In this document: positions 1-8,199 of the stretch, one piece after another | Numbering within the stretch: the stretch's first letter is position 1 | How the letters are laid out: each line of letters begins with the position of its first letter | Virus genome (UHGV): UHGV-0338003 | Direction: 5' to 3' (one strand) | Length of the DNA: 16,255 nt | From: a virus | The notes under the pieces: generated by a model | What the model was told of the DNA's origin: nothing | The model's database searches: none | Seen by the model: the letters and a program-made list of their open reading frames with translations, nothing else | Program-made: the position numbers and the translations under genes

Positions 1-155
1 TTCATGGATCAGTAAGCGTAACTCTGGTAGGCTCACTCTGCTTTTGCGCTAAAGCAGTGGGCCGTGGTTCGCTTGTGACCAGTAAGCATGAGCGAATGGC
101 TGGCAGGTGCTACCAACACCCACCAGCCGCCCATTTTCACAGCAGGAAACCGCCA

Positions 156-383
156 TTACTGGCAGCGTCTGAATTTATTCCCGTACCCGCCGTTATCCTT
201 CGCCAGACCCGCCAGAACTAACTGAGTCAGTATTAACTGGCACCGGGCTTCGCTTACTCCGGTAGTTCTCGTCATCATGCGTGGCGTTACCCACTTGTCA
301 GCAGGTAAGAAATGAAGGACTGCGGCGGCGGTTTCTGTCATATCTTGCTGTTTTAGCATGTCTTTTTCCCTTCTGGTTAACAT
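156..383 (-). CDS. hypothetical small protein, possibly winged-helix DNA-binding; first ORF after the Q-dependent terminator
   Basis: 75-aa ORF with ATG at 383 and TAA at 156-158. Helix-turn-helix-like stretch (TGVSEARCQLILTQLVLAGLA). Weak RBS and no recognised family. Confidence 0.3.
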   Translation of the reverse strand: MLTRREKDMLKQQDMTETAAAVLHFLPADKWVTPRMMTRTTGVSEARCQLILTQLVLAGLAKDNGGYGNKFRRCQ

Positions 384-480
384 GACATACCAATAACTCT
401 TGTCTAAAAAGCCAGCAAGATAAAAAGTCAGTATTCACGACCACCAGCGTGTTTACTGTACTGCACCAAGTTTACAGGTA

Positions 481-505
481 CAAAAAACCCGCTCAGTGGC
501 GGGTT
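481..505 (-). terminator. intrinsic terminator downstream of Q (tR'-like)
   Basis: On the minus strand: stem ACCCGC, loop CACTGA, stem GCGGGT, followed by a run of six T. Lies in the 228-bp gap downstream of the Q gene. Confidence 0.55.
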
Positions 506-551
506 CTTAAATCTTATCAACGGTAGACATACAAAGCCCATCGTTGGGAAA

Positions 552-580
552 ATCTTATCCATGTTTTTTGAAAAATGCAA
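552..580 (-). promoter_or_regulatory. candidate late promoter (PR'-like) between Q and the terminator
   Basis: Minus strand reads TTGCAT (-35, 580-575), a 17-nt spacer, then TAAGAT (-10, 557-552). Position matches lambdoid PR'/qut upstream of tR'. Sequence-only prediction. Confidence 0.3.
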
Positions 581-611
581 GCATCATGTCGCCATCTTCG
601 GCGAAAATCAT

Positions 612-1370
612 TTATTTTGTCACTTTTCTCAATTGTGTCTCTGCATATGCTTCTTCCTGCCAGCACTTTGTAACCAGTTTATCAATGACATCTGCATATC
701 CTTTGTACCACTGATAATCCGTCAGATCCGGTACCAGCTTCTGGACATGATGCCGCGCCAGTGTGGTTGGTAAACGGCTAAACCGGTTTCCATTGCAACG
801 CCCACAAATCTTATAAACAGGCGTGCCATGAAGCCGGGTCCTTTTTTCATCCAGGACAATACCTTTACCCTTACACCCTCTGCACGCTGTGCTGACTTCT
901 CCCTTACCATGACAATGCTGACATAGTTCCTTCACCCACTCCTCCTTGATAACAGATTCACCGCTTCTGGAGTGTTTCACCACTTCGCGCAATACATTAT
1001 GAAATCCAGTACCTGCACAATGCTCACAGCGAGCCTTACTTGCCGCAGACCTGGAATAATCAGCAAAGGCAAAATTCACAAGGTAAGGGATGATCTGTAA
1101 CCGGGTTTCTTCACTCAATTTATTCAATGTCGGGTTATCCAGTGCCATCGCGTAATTGAGCAGACCTTCAATCGCAAACTGAGGATCCTGAACACCAACT
1201 TTTGCCAGGAATAAGGCAAAACCCAGTGGTGCTTTCGACTGCACCATCCCCTGCGCAGCCATCACATCCGTAATCGTTAAACCACCAGAGCCTGTCGCCG
1301 GTGCGTCATCGCTCAATTTTGGAGATTTTGGGGAGTAATATTTTGGTAAGGCTTCAAGGTTCATGCTCAT
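612..1370 (-). CDS. antitermination protein Q (long, zinc-finger-containing lambdoid Q family)
   Basis: 252 aa with four CxxCxGxG-like motifs (CEHCAGTG, CQHCHGKG, CRGCKGKG, CGRCNGN). Last gene of the early operon, directly upstream of the candidate PR'/terminator. Resembles Qin-type Q of E. coli prophages, from memory. Confidence 0.6.
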   Translation of the reverse strand: MSMNLEALPKYYSPKSPKLSDDAPATGSGGLTITDVMAAQGMVQSKAPLGFALFLAKVGVQDPQFAIEGLLNYAMALDNPTLNKLSEETRLQIIPYLVNFAFADYSRSAASKARCEHCAGTGFHNVLREVVKHSRSGESVIKEEWVKELCQHCHGKGEVSTACRGCKGKGIVLDEKRTRLHGTPVYKICGRCNGNRFSRLPTTLARHHVQKLVPDLTDYQWYKGYADVIDKLVTKCWQEEAYAETQLRKVTK

Positions 1371-1377
1371 TCTCCAC

Positions 1378-2373
1378 TTACGCCAGTACGCCTATTGCCA
1401 GCGCACGATCGATAAAACGAAATATCAGCTCCAGCTGGGAGCCATACTTCTCTTCAAATGCCACGGTATCCGCATGCAGCTCGTCGTGATGCTTTCTGCA
1501 CAAAGGCAACACAAAGAGGTCATGCGCTTTTGTACCCATTCCCCCCTGACCGTGGCCTATCAGGTGGTGGGGATCATCAGCGGGCTTTCCACAACATGCA
1601 CACGGCTGTGTCTTAACCCAGCGCGTGTACTTTTCATTAACCCAGCGGCGACGTTTTGGGCGTAACATAAAAGACTCCGGCGACTCCGGATCCACTTTCA
1701 GCGCCAGCACCTTTTTTGCCTTATCCTGGATGATGCTGGTGGCAGGAACCGAAGGCACAAGGTCACTTTCCCGGGTGACAGACGGCACAACAGGCTTTGG
1801 TAATCTCAGTGCCTTACGGGCTGCACTTTCCGGTAAGGCATCCGCCAGGTCATTACGAATCAGCCACCAGCACAGTTCCGGCATTGTCACAACGTGACTA
1901 TCATCAAAACCGAGATCCCGACGCACAACAGACAACACCCAGCGGGCACAGTTATCCGTTGCCATTGATTCCAGCCGTTCCGTGAACTGATCGCGCAGCT
2001 GGTTATCACAGTGCCAGCACAGACGGATTGCGCCCGGAGCGTGTCGCATTGTGGTCATGTTCTCGCTGTGCCAGTCGGAATGAGGCCACTGGCAGCCTTT
2101 TTCACGAAGTAACCAGCTTTCAAGACATTCCACGCCACCAGCACGACGGATCACTGCCTCATTGCGGAACACGGCCCGAACGGCAGGATCATCCGCCAGC
2201 GGTTGTGATGCCGCCGGAACGGCACCACTGGAGAAAGATGAATAACGCTCCGGCTCAGGCTCCAGCAGGACACGCCCCTGCATAAACAGGGGCATCAGCT
2301 CTGAACCGGGTCTGAACAATACGATCCCCATACGCGGGGCTATTTCAGGGGTCAGTAGTGCTCTCACGGTCAC
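1378..2373 (-). CDS. DUF968-like prophage protein (YdfU-like) with C-terminal Cys/His-rich motif
   Basis: 331 aa. C-terminus has CACCGKP...HHLIGHGQGG...CRKHHDELH, typical of DUF968 proteins found just upstream of Q in E. coli prophages. Start overlaps the KilA-N stop. Confidence 0.55.
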   Translation of the reverse strand: MTVRALLTPEIAPRMGIVLFRPGSELMPLFMQGRVLLEPEPERYSSFSSGAVPAASQPLADDPAVRAVFRNEAVIRRAGGVECLESWLLREKGCQWPHSDWHSENMTTMRHAPGAIRLCWHCDNQLRDQFTERLESMATDNCARWVLSVVRRDLGFDDSHVVTMPELCWWLIRNDLADALPESAARKALRLPKPVVPSVTRESDLVPSVPATSIIQDKAKKVLALKVDPESPESFMLRPKRRRWVNEKYTRWVKTQPCACCGKPADDPHHLIGHGQGGMGTKAHDLFVLPLCRKHHDELHADTVAFEEKYGSQLELIFRFIDRALAIGVLA

Positions 2374-2374
2374 C

Positions 2375-3184
2375 TCAATGAACGGTATCGAGCAGCTTTA
2401 ACAGCTCAGGGAATCGGGATTCGAAGAAATGCGGCTGCGTCTCACGCGGATTTGCGGGACTGGTAATGTTCTTGCCGAACATGCAACCTTTCGCTGTCAG
2501 CGACCAGAATTTTTTGATGTTGTTAATCGCGGTACGGCTGTATCGTTCGCGTTGTTCAACGATCCCCAGCTTCGCCATCTGGTGATATGCCTGATTAGCC
2601 GTCAGGCGGATACCATACTGCTTCAGCAGTGCACTCAGCGACAGCGTCGGGCGGCTTGAGCCATCAGGCGCGTCAGCAGGTGCATCAATGGCATAGCGCG
2701 GTGCCAGATTCGGTAAGCCAACAGCCTCCTGGAGTTTCTGACAGGCCCCAAGCACTGAAGAGTTAGACAGGTTTAACTCCCTGCGCATAAAGTCCAGCAG
2801 AATCACTCCAGCCTGCATCTTGTCAGCAGCCTGCCCGGATAATTTTTCCGGTACGCTGGTTACCATATCGAAAGTACGGATCACCTTCAGATGGAATGAC
2901 GGGCTGATCCACATTGCATAGGCATACACCAGTTCTTTGCAGACATACGTCCCCTGGTTATTTCCGCCATTAATGACGCTAACTGGTTGATTTTGTTCCA
3001 GAGGCGGAATTCCACCCTCGGTGAAAAGTTGTTCAATCAATTCACAGGTTTGCTTATTGGAGAGCCAGTATTTCGGGCGGTTTTTTTGTTCTCCCCCGGC
3101 TGCCCTGTGCAGATCGTTCAGGCTGTAACGCCCATAAGCATCACGACGAACTTCAATACCATCAATGACCATCAGATTATTCAT
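2375..3184 (-). CDS. KilA-N domain protein (antirepressor-like)
   Basis: 269 aa. N-terminus VIDGIEVRRDAYGRYSLNDLHRAAGG...KNRPKYWL matches the KilA-N signature. Confidence 0.7.
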   Translation of the reverse strand: MNNLMVIDGIEVRRDAYGRYSLNDLHRAAGGEQKNRPKYWLSNKQTCELIEQLFTEGGIPPLEQNQPVSVINGGNNQGTYVCKELVYAYAMWISPSFHLKVIRTFDMVTSVPEKLSGQAADKMQAGVILLDFMRRELNLSNSSVLGACQKLQEAVGLPNLAPRYAIDAPADAPDGSSRPTLSLSALLKQYGIRLTANQAYHQMAKLGIVEQRERYSRTAINNIKKFWSLTAKGCMFGKNITSPANPRETQPHFFESRFPELLKLLDTVH

Positions 3185-3203
3185 ACTTCGTTTCTCCTCT
3201 TAA

Positions 3204-3593
3204 TCAGGCGGCTGCACCCGCCGTTTTCTCGTACTTACTGATAGTGATCTCGACCTTCCCTCCCGGGATAACCGGTCCCCACTCCACCAGCATTCTTTTC
3301 ACCTGACTGTCGTCTTCCCACACACCCGCGTGGGTCAGGGCGTCAAACAGCGCCTTGTTATAGTTGTCCAGATCGCGGATCCGGTTATCCGGAGGAAACA
3401 ACACGATCTCCACTGAAGCAGGTGCCGACGTTGGTTTCGGCAGACGACGTAACTGCTCAACTATTGCTGCGCACGCCGCGCTCTGGAATTTTCGCCCCGC
3501 CGCGCTTATCAGACTCTTACCAGCAAACGCCCCTTTGTTGGGGTGTCGCCAGTACGTGTTCACGCTGGGCGGGAAAGGCAAGATCAGCTTCAT
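3204..3593 (-). CDS. rusA: RusA-family Holliday junction resolvase
   Basis: 129 aa with PPSVNTYW and RDLDNYNKALFDALTHAGVWEDDSQV motifs characteristic of RusA. Typical nin-region gene. Confidence 0.85.
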   Translation of the reverse strand: MKLILPFPPSVNTYWRHPNKGAFAGKSLISAAGRKFQSAACAAIVEQLRRLPKPTSAPASVEIVLFPPDNRIRDLDNYNKALFDALTHAGVWEDDSQVKRMLVEWGPVIPGGKVEITISKYEKTAGAAA

Positions 3594-3595
3594 AC

Positions 3596-3916
3596 TTACA
3601 GGCCTCTCTCATGTAACCAGTGGGCTGCACGCAGCCTGGCGTTTTCCTCACCGGCAAGCAGTGTGCGGATAATCCCGACCGCCTCGCTGTCGTCGTCCTT
3701 CACCGCGGTATGAAGCGTTATCCCCCGGGCCACGCCACGCTTTATCGTGATGACGCCTTTTTTCTCCAGTGCACGAAGATGCTCTACCGCTGCATTCACT
3801 GAACGGTATCCCAGCATGGTTGCCACCTCCTGATTGGTTGGCGGAAAGCCACGCTCTTTCTGGTAAGAAATCAGCATATCCAGCACCTGCTGCTGGCATT
3901 GAGTTAACGTCGTCAT
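3596..3916 (-). CDS. LexA N-terminal DNA-binding-domain-like protein (no peptidase domain)
   Basis: 106 aa. Residues 1-70 parallel the LexA winged-helix domain (QQQVLDMLISYQKERGFPPTNQEVATMLGYRSVNAAVEHLRALEKKGVI...RGVARGI). No S24 Ser/Lys peptidase region. Confidence 0.6.
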   Translation of the reverse strand: MTTLTQCQQQVLDMLISYQKERGFPPTNQEVATMLGYRSVNAAVEHLRALEKKGVITIKRGVARGITLHTAVKDDDSEAVGIIRTLLAGEENARLRAAHWLHERGL

Positions 3917-4566
3917 GCCGCCATCTCCCTGACCAGTTTTTCCGCCTGCTGGCGAACCTGCACCAGAAAGGCTTCACCACATGCCTCAAGTTCATCGCGC
4001 CCGATGTAGCTGATTGCCGGTCCCTTCCAGGTCTTGTCGAAAACAGCAATAGCACCAGCGAAGAAAGCGCCTGTCGGCACCTGCTTCTCATCCTTCGGGA
4101 TAAACCAGGCAGGCAGTTCAAAACCAATACGCCCGCGAATAAAAGCAATATGGTCCGCATCTTCCGGCCACCACACTTCGCTGGTGGCAGCTTTGATCAG
4201 GAAAACATAGCGCCCGCCCTTATCACGCATGGCACTGGCATGTTTCATGATGTAACGCATGCCGGTGATGTATTGCCCCTCATGCTGACTGGCGCGGCTG
4301 TATGGGGGATTACCAAAGGCAGCACCTTTAAGCTCCGCAAGACGTTCTGACCAGTCATGCGCCAGCGCGTTGTCTTCCGCCGTGTAATACGCGGCACATT
4401 TGGCGTTATCACCGTCAGTGAACAGATCCAGAACAAACGGACCAAACAGGGTGTTAATTCCCCAGAAAATGTTATCCGGCGTGCGCCACTGATCTCCCAC
4501 TTCCTTCAGTTCATGGGCTGGTTTATTCCGCAGTTCCACCAGCGCCTGGCAATATTTATTACTCAT
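3913..4566 (-). CDS. phage-type DNA N6-adenine methyltransferase (Dam family)
   Basis: Contains the FGNPPYS catalytic motif. Preferred start is the ATG at 4566-4564, which overlaps the upstream stop as TAATG. The longer ORF reaching 4599 would run into the upstream gene. Confidence 0.75.
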   Translation of the reverse strand: MSNKYCQALVELRNKPAHELKEVGDQWRTPDNIFWGINTLFGPFVLDLFTDGDNAKCAAYYTAEDNALAHDWSERLAELKGAAFGNPPYSRASQHEGQYITGMRYIMKHASAMRDKGGRYVFLIKAATSEVWWPEDADHIAFIRGRIGFELPAWFIPKDEKQVPTGAFFAGAIAVFDKTWKGPAISYIGRDELEACGEAFLVQVRQQAEKLVREMAA

Positions 4567-5060
4567 TAAGCCCCCACGTAATTCCCTGACAGATACCACT
4601 CTTCACCCGATGCAGCGTGCTTGCTGCTTTTCCGTAAGCACCGCTCACGACGCGCCAGAAAATTGTTTCGTTCTGGCTGGGAGTGGCTTTCACGGAATGC
4701 CGCCATCCACACGGTTGCAGCACGACGGTATAAGCCCCTTGACTCCAGTTCTTCCGCCTGGCGGGTCAGGCACAAAATCACCCGGGGATCGTTAGTGCCG
4801 ACATAGAAATTGCGCGCAGGTCTGGTTTCACGAACTGGTTGTGGTTCCGGCTCCTGCGCTCTCTCAGTCAGGCGCGGGAAATGTCTGCGTGTATCCCCTT
4901 CACAACGGTGAGCCACACGCCCACTCTGACGTAACTTGCTTGCTGACTGCAGAACGCGCTGCCGTGAGTAACCAGCAAAAGCATCCGCAATGTCTCCGGA
5001 AGTACACCCCGGATGGGCTTCAATGAATTTCTGAACGTCATTTAACAGACTCATGATCAC
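4566..5060 (-). CDS. PerC-like transcriptional regulator with N-terminal winged-helix extension
   Basis: 164 aa. C-terminal AEELESRGLYRRAATVWMAAF resembles the PerC/Pch signature (LE.KGLWRRAA.W). ATGA overlap with the replication gene stop. Confidence 0.5.
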   Translation of the reverse strand: MIMSLLNDVQKFIEAHPGCTSGDIADAFAGYSRQRVLQSASKLRQSGRVAHRCEGDTRRHFPRLTERAQEPEPQPVRETRPARNFYVGTNDPRVILCLTRQAEELESRGLYRRAATVWMAAFRESHSQPERNNFLARRERCLRKSSKHAASGEEWYLSGNYVGA

Positions 5061-5998
5061 CCCCTGAATCCTGCCGGGATCTGGCTGTAGTCCACGTTGT
5101 CGTAACTGGATTTGAAGTACGGGTCTTCGCGTTTTTCAGTGTACGTGCTTACGGACGGCGATAAGCGCAGGGAAAGCTCATCCCATTTTTCCCGCAGCTT
5201 CGACGGGCTGAGCACGTTACGGCACCAGAACGGATCGCGGCTGACGCGGCTGTACATCTCGCAGATTTGTTTGTGAGTACGACCATCCTGCACACACATC
5301 AGGCGAATTTCGTTTGCCCAGGCTGTCCAGTTCGGTTCTTTGGGACGAACCACCTCGCCGTCACATTCGGCGGCCTGCTCGTACAGGGCGATGATTTTTT
5401 TCCAGAGCCACTGTGCGCAGGTCAAATCATCCTGCGTTCCCCACTGGCGCTTTTTAGGGCTGAATACAACCGCATCAGGATGGCGAGTTAAAAAATCCTG
5501 TTCATCCGTCTGCGTGTCCGGTTGCGAAGCGTCCGGACGAGAAGTTTTTTTATCTGACGGATCATGTTTTGATTTTACTGACGGATCCCCGCCAGATTCT
5601 GACGGGTGAAAACCCGCTTTTTTGCCAGATTTCGACGCATCAAATTTTGACGGGTCAGATTTTGATGCGTCAGATTTTGACGGGTCAGAATCTGACAGTT
5701 GAGAAAATGCCGCTGCCTGAAGCTTCGCAACGTTAAGCTGATAAACATTCGACGCATTGCGGTTACCCTGGCGACGCGCCTTACGCGTTAACCAGCCTTC
5801 TGCTTCCAGCCGTGCGATAGCCGTTCTGACGGTACTCATCCCCGCGCCAATCTGGCGGGCAATGGTTTCAATTGATGGCCAGCACACACCTTCGTCATTA
5901 CTGAAATCAGCCAGGCGGGCCATAATTGCCACGCTGGATAATTTCATGCCTGATGCAGCGCAACCATCCCATACATAGCCGGTTAATTTAGTGCTCAT
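5057..5998 (-). CDS. phage replication initiation protein (O-like)
   Basis: 313 aa. N-terminal HTH (SIETIARQIGAGMSTVRTAIARLEAEGWL), a central low-complexity SKSD/DPSK repeat linker encoded by DNA iterons, and a C-terminal domain as in lambdoid replisome organisers. Confidence 0.6.
   Translation of the reverse strand: MSTKLTGYVWDGCAASGMKLSSVAIMARLADFSNDEGVCWPSIETIARQIGAGMSTVRTAIARLEAEGWLTRKARRQGNRNASNVYQLNVAKLQAAAFSQLSDSDPSKSDASKSDPSKFDASKSGKKAGFHPSESGGDPSVKSKHDPSDKKTSRPDASQPDTQTDEQDFLTRHPDAVVFSPKKRQWGTQDDLTCAQWLWKKIIALYEQAAECDGEVVRPKEPNWTAWANEIRLMCVQDGRTHKQICEMYSRVSRDPFWCRNVLSPSKLREKWDELSLRLSPSVSTYTEKREDPYFKSSYDNVDYSQIPAGFRG
5550..5700. repeat. iteron array (candidate origin of replication) inside the replication initiator gene
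   Basis: About eight tandem copies of a roughly 15-bp unit such as CAGATTTTGACGGGT (also CAGATTCTGACGGGT, CAGATTTTGATGCGT, TACTGACGGATC), flanked by T-runs. Same layout as lambda ori inside O. Confidence 0.5.
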
Positions 5999-6007
5999 GA
6001 CCGACCT

Positions 6008-6346
6008 CTATTTCCCTGAATTTACGACGAAACTGTTCGAGCGGGCTGAAGCACTCATGCTCATAGCCTTCGCGGAGGTAGATAACCCGTTGTGTTTCCG
6101 GCTCCCAACGAATGACTCTGACGGGCACTCCGTAGTGATCTTTGAACCAGCGGTTAACTTGTCGCAAAGGACTGTCTCCTTCTGCCGGTTGAAATCACCC
6201 ACAGCCCACTCTGCAAAGCTGTGGGTTACAATTTCCCTGTCACCTGGTACATTTACTGCATAGCAATACTCCACCTTCGCTTTTCCACCCGGTACAGGAA
6301 GCGCAATCAGTTGCGAGCGACGGTAGTGTGTTGTTAAACTGTTCAT
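6008..6346 (-). CDS. hypothetical protein between the CII-like and replication genes, with a probable frame break
   Basis: ATG at 6346 overlaps the CII-like stop. The first 50 or so residues look protein-like, then the frame turns low-complexity, while a second minus frame over about 6003-6190 is protein-like ([42 protein letters not shown]) but has no ATG. Confidence 0.3.
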   Translation of the reverse strand: MNSLTTHYRRSQLIALPVPGGKAKVEYCYAVNVPGDREIVTHSFAEWAVGDFNRQKETVLCDKLTAGSKITTECPSESFVGSRKHNGLSTSAKAMSMSASARSNSFVVNSGK

Positions 6347-6894
6347 GCGTTAGTTTCTCCACAGTCACGACACGCCACGGCGCCCGGAGCTGCACACTCG
6401 CGGGCGTCATTACTTTCTGAAATGCAAAAAATTTTGTAGACCAGTGCTGCATGCTCCTGCAGCTTCGAAATTGAGAGGTACAGCTCGTCGTTAATTGCTG
6501 TCTTCTCATGCGGTTCCACTACACCGTCTTCAATTGCTGAACGAATCTGTTTTGAATAACTGCCGATCTGTTCAATGACTTCCAGCAGGCGCTGGTTAAT
6601 ATCGGCGTTGTCCACATCCTCGACGTCAGGAAGAGACACAAAGACGCCATTTGCAGACTGCGCCACAGCGTCAGCAATGAAGTGAGTTCCACCAGCACGT
6701 TGCAAAATCATTGCCCATCCCAGCGGGAAAATCTGATCGCCATCGGCACGAAGGCGGTTAAATAATGCGTTCTCTGTTACATCCAGCCAGTCAGCAGCTT
6801 CAGCGTACCCCCCCGGCAACGCTGCGATAGTTTTTCTGACAGCTTTCACGTACCACTCAGGCTGTTTTTCTACTTTCCAGTGATGCTTACCCAC
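6343..6894 (-). CDS. CII-like regulatory protein (phage CII/CP76-type, YdaT-like)
   Basis: 183 aa, immediately downstream of cro with overlapping start and stop. Central [22 protein letters not shown] resembles CII-family regulators. Assignment from position and memory only. Confidence 0.45.
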   Translation of the reverse strand: MGKHHWKVEKQPEWYVKAVRKTIAALPGGYAEAADWLDVTENALFNRLRADGDQIFPLGWAMILQRAGGTHFIADAVAQSANGVFVSLPDVEDVDNADINQRLLEVIEQIGSYSKQIRSAIEDGVVEPHEKTAINDELYLSISKLQEHAALVYKIFCISESNDARECAAPGAVACRDCGETNA

Positions 6895-7147
6895 GGTTCA
6901 CCTCCTGTTCCTGTGGTTTAAACCCATTCTGATTTTGGCTAGATTGAAAACGTGCCGGATAAAGAATCTGCATTTCGCTGACTTCACCCTTAAAAAAATT
7001 GGCTAAACGTTCTGCAAGCTCGATAGATGGAATCTGCTCCAGCCTCTCAATACGACTCAACGTCGCTGGATTGACTTGAACACCCGCAGCAACATGCTGC
7101 AAAGTGAAACCATGCGCCTTACGCACATTTCGTAATGGTGATTGCAT
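6887..7147 (-). CDS. Cro-like HTH (XRE-family) transcriptional regulator
   Basis: 86 aa with HTH GFTLQHVAAGVQVNPATLSRIERLEQIPS. GGAGGA RBS upstream. Divergent from the cI gene across an operator region. Confidence 0.7.
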   Translation of the reverse strand: MQSPLRNVRKAHGFTLQHVAAGVQVNPATLSRIERLEQIPSIELAERLANFFKGEVSEMQILYPARFQSSQNQNGFKPQEQEVNRG

Positions 7148-7161
7148 ATGTCCTCCAAATA

Positions 7162-7224
7162 TTGCGCGTTATGCATGTTATTTCACGCAATTATTTTGCG
7201 CAAGTTGATTTGCTTATCACGCAA
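7162..7224. promoter_or_regulatory. OR-like operator region with three sites between the divergent cro-like and cI genes
   Basis: Three partially palindromic sites at 24-bp spacing: TTGCGCGTTATGCAT (7162-7176), CGCAATTATTTTGCG (7186-7200), TTGCTTATCACGCAA (7210-7224). Divergent promoters are implied by gene arrangement. Confidence 0.55.
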
Positions 7225-7244
7225 TAAAGAAATGTAATAAACGC

Positions 7245-7937
7245 ATGAACATAGGAAACCGAGTCAGACAACTTCGCCAAGCGAAGAACATGAAAATCGC
7301 CGATCTCGCTGAAGCAATAGGAGTAGATGCGGCGAACATCTCGCGCTTAGAAACGGGTAAGCAAAAACAATTTACCGAACAAACACTGAGTAATATTGCC
7401 AAGAGCTTAGGTGTTGATATTGCTGATCTCTTTACCTCTGCCCACAAAAGTAATACTGTATATAAAAACAGTAATAATGAGGATGTTGCGCAGGTGAAGG
7501 ATGTGTTCCGTATTGAAATGCTGGATATCAGTGCCAGTGCGGGAAATGGCCTTATCCAGGGCGGTGATGTCATTGATGTGATTCATGCCATCGAATACAG
7601 AACTGATAATGCTGTATCAATGTTCGGCGGACGACCAGCCAATCACATCAAAGTTATCAACGTTCGTGGGGACAGTATGTGTCCAACCATTGAGCCAGGA
7701 GATCTCATCTTCGTTGATGTCAGCATCAATCAGTTTGATGGTGATGGTATATATGTCTTTGGTTTTGATGACAAAATATACGTTAAAAGACTTCAAATGA
7801 TTCCTGACAAACTGCTGGTGATTTCTGATAACCAGATTTACCGTGAATGGGGAATTACTAGCGAAAACGAACACCGATTCATGGTCTTTGGAAAGGTCTT
7901 AATCAGTCAGTCGCAAACCCTTAAGAGACATAATTAA
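7245..7937 (+). CDS. CI-type prophage repressor (HTH plus S24 LexA-like autopeptidase)
   Basis: 230 aa. N-terminal HTH (MKIADLAEAIGVDAANISRLETGKQ) and a C-terminal S24 domain with GDSM serine motif and downstream KR. No obvious SD before the ATG, so possibly leaderless. Confidence 0.85.
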   Translation: MNIGNRVRQLRQAKNMKIADLAEAIGVDAANISRLETGKQKQFTEQTLSNIAKSLGVDIADLFTSAHKSNTVYKNSNNEDVAQVKDVFRIEMLDISASAGNGLIQGGDVIDVIHAIEYRTDNAVSMFGGRPANHIKVINVRGDSMCPTIEPGDLIFVDVSINQFDGDGIYVFGFDDKIYVKRLQMIPDKLLVISDNQIYREWGITSENEHRFMVFGKVLISQSQTLKRHN

Positions 7938-7957
7938 CCTCAATATCCCATCCATCG

Positions 7958-7980
7958 GCCACCGAAAGGTGGCTTTTTAT
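7958..7980 (+). terminator. intrinsic terminator after the repressor gene
   Basis: Stem GCCACC, loop GAAA, stem GGTGGC, followed by TTTTTAT. Lies 20 bp downstream of the cI stop. Confidence 0.6.
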
Positions 7981-7991
7981 TACCTATAAAT

Positions 7992-8042
7992 TTGCATATT
8001 TCGCAAAAATCACTTGCATATCTCGCAATTTAATTTTATCTT
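7992..8042 (+). promoter_or_regulatory. PL/OL-like promoter with two operator copies
   Basis: Direct repeat TTGCATATTTCGCAA (7992-8006) and TTGCATATCTCGCAA (8014-8028), same TTGC-N7-GCAA pattern as the OR sites. -35 TTGCAT at 8014-8019, 17-nt spacer, -10 TATCTT at 8037-8042. Confidence 0.4.
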
Positions 8043-8199
8043 TTGTTCCAGACCAACTACAGGATTACAACAAAATCTGGTTGCAACACGGTGCATGTGT
8101 CGTAAGCAGTCAGTAAATGTCAAAAACGAACAGGCAGGACGCCCACGAAGTAGCCGCCTGGGGCATATGAAGTCCAGGATGATTCGTTAGCAACAAAAA

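Noticed and set aside
55-156. Short ORFs (33-34 aa) at the left edge, one coupled by TAATG to the 75-aa gene, considered as a holin or lysis gene start
   Set aside because: No transmembrane-type sequence, no RBS and under 35 codons. The window ends before any lysis cassette can be assessed.
722-2285. ORFs 722..910 (-), 1363..1665 (+), 1625..1897 (+), 1797..1985 (+) and 2028..2285 (+) overlapping the Q and DUF968 genes
   Set aside because: Alternative-frame or antisense ORFs within well-supported coding regions, with no RBS and low-complexity translations.
3648-4350. Long ORFs 3648..4160 (-) and 3769..4350 (+) overlapping the LexA-like and Dam methyltransferase genes
   Set aside because: They lie in alternative frames or antisense to genes with clear catalytic motifs (NPPY, LexA HTH), and their translations are Arg/Ser/Gly-rich and not protein-like. 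Judged to be shadow ORFs.
5550-5700. Tandem repeats considered as a possible CRISPR array
   Set aside because: Units are only about 15 bp, degenerate and contiguous with no unique spacers, and they lie inside a coding sequence. They fit replication-origin iterons.
5991-6263. Plus-strand ORF 5991..6263 (90 aa) between the replication and CII-like genes
   Set aside because: It is antisense to the minus-strand coding region, which has operon-style overlaps with its neighbours, and it has no RBS. Likely a mirror ORF of the protein-like minus frame.
8095-8193. Small Arg/Lys-rich 32-codon ORF in the PL leader, considered as a possible N-like antiterminator
   Set aside because: Too short for known N proteins, no convincing RBS, and it overlaps the hairpin/BoxA leader. 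Treated as noncoding leader sequence.
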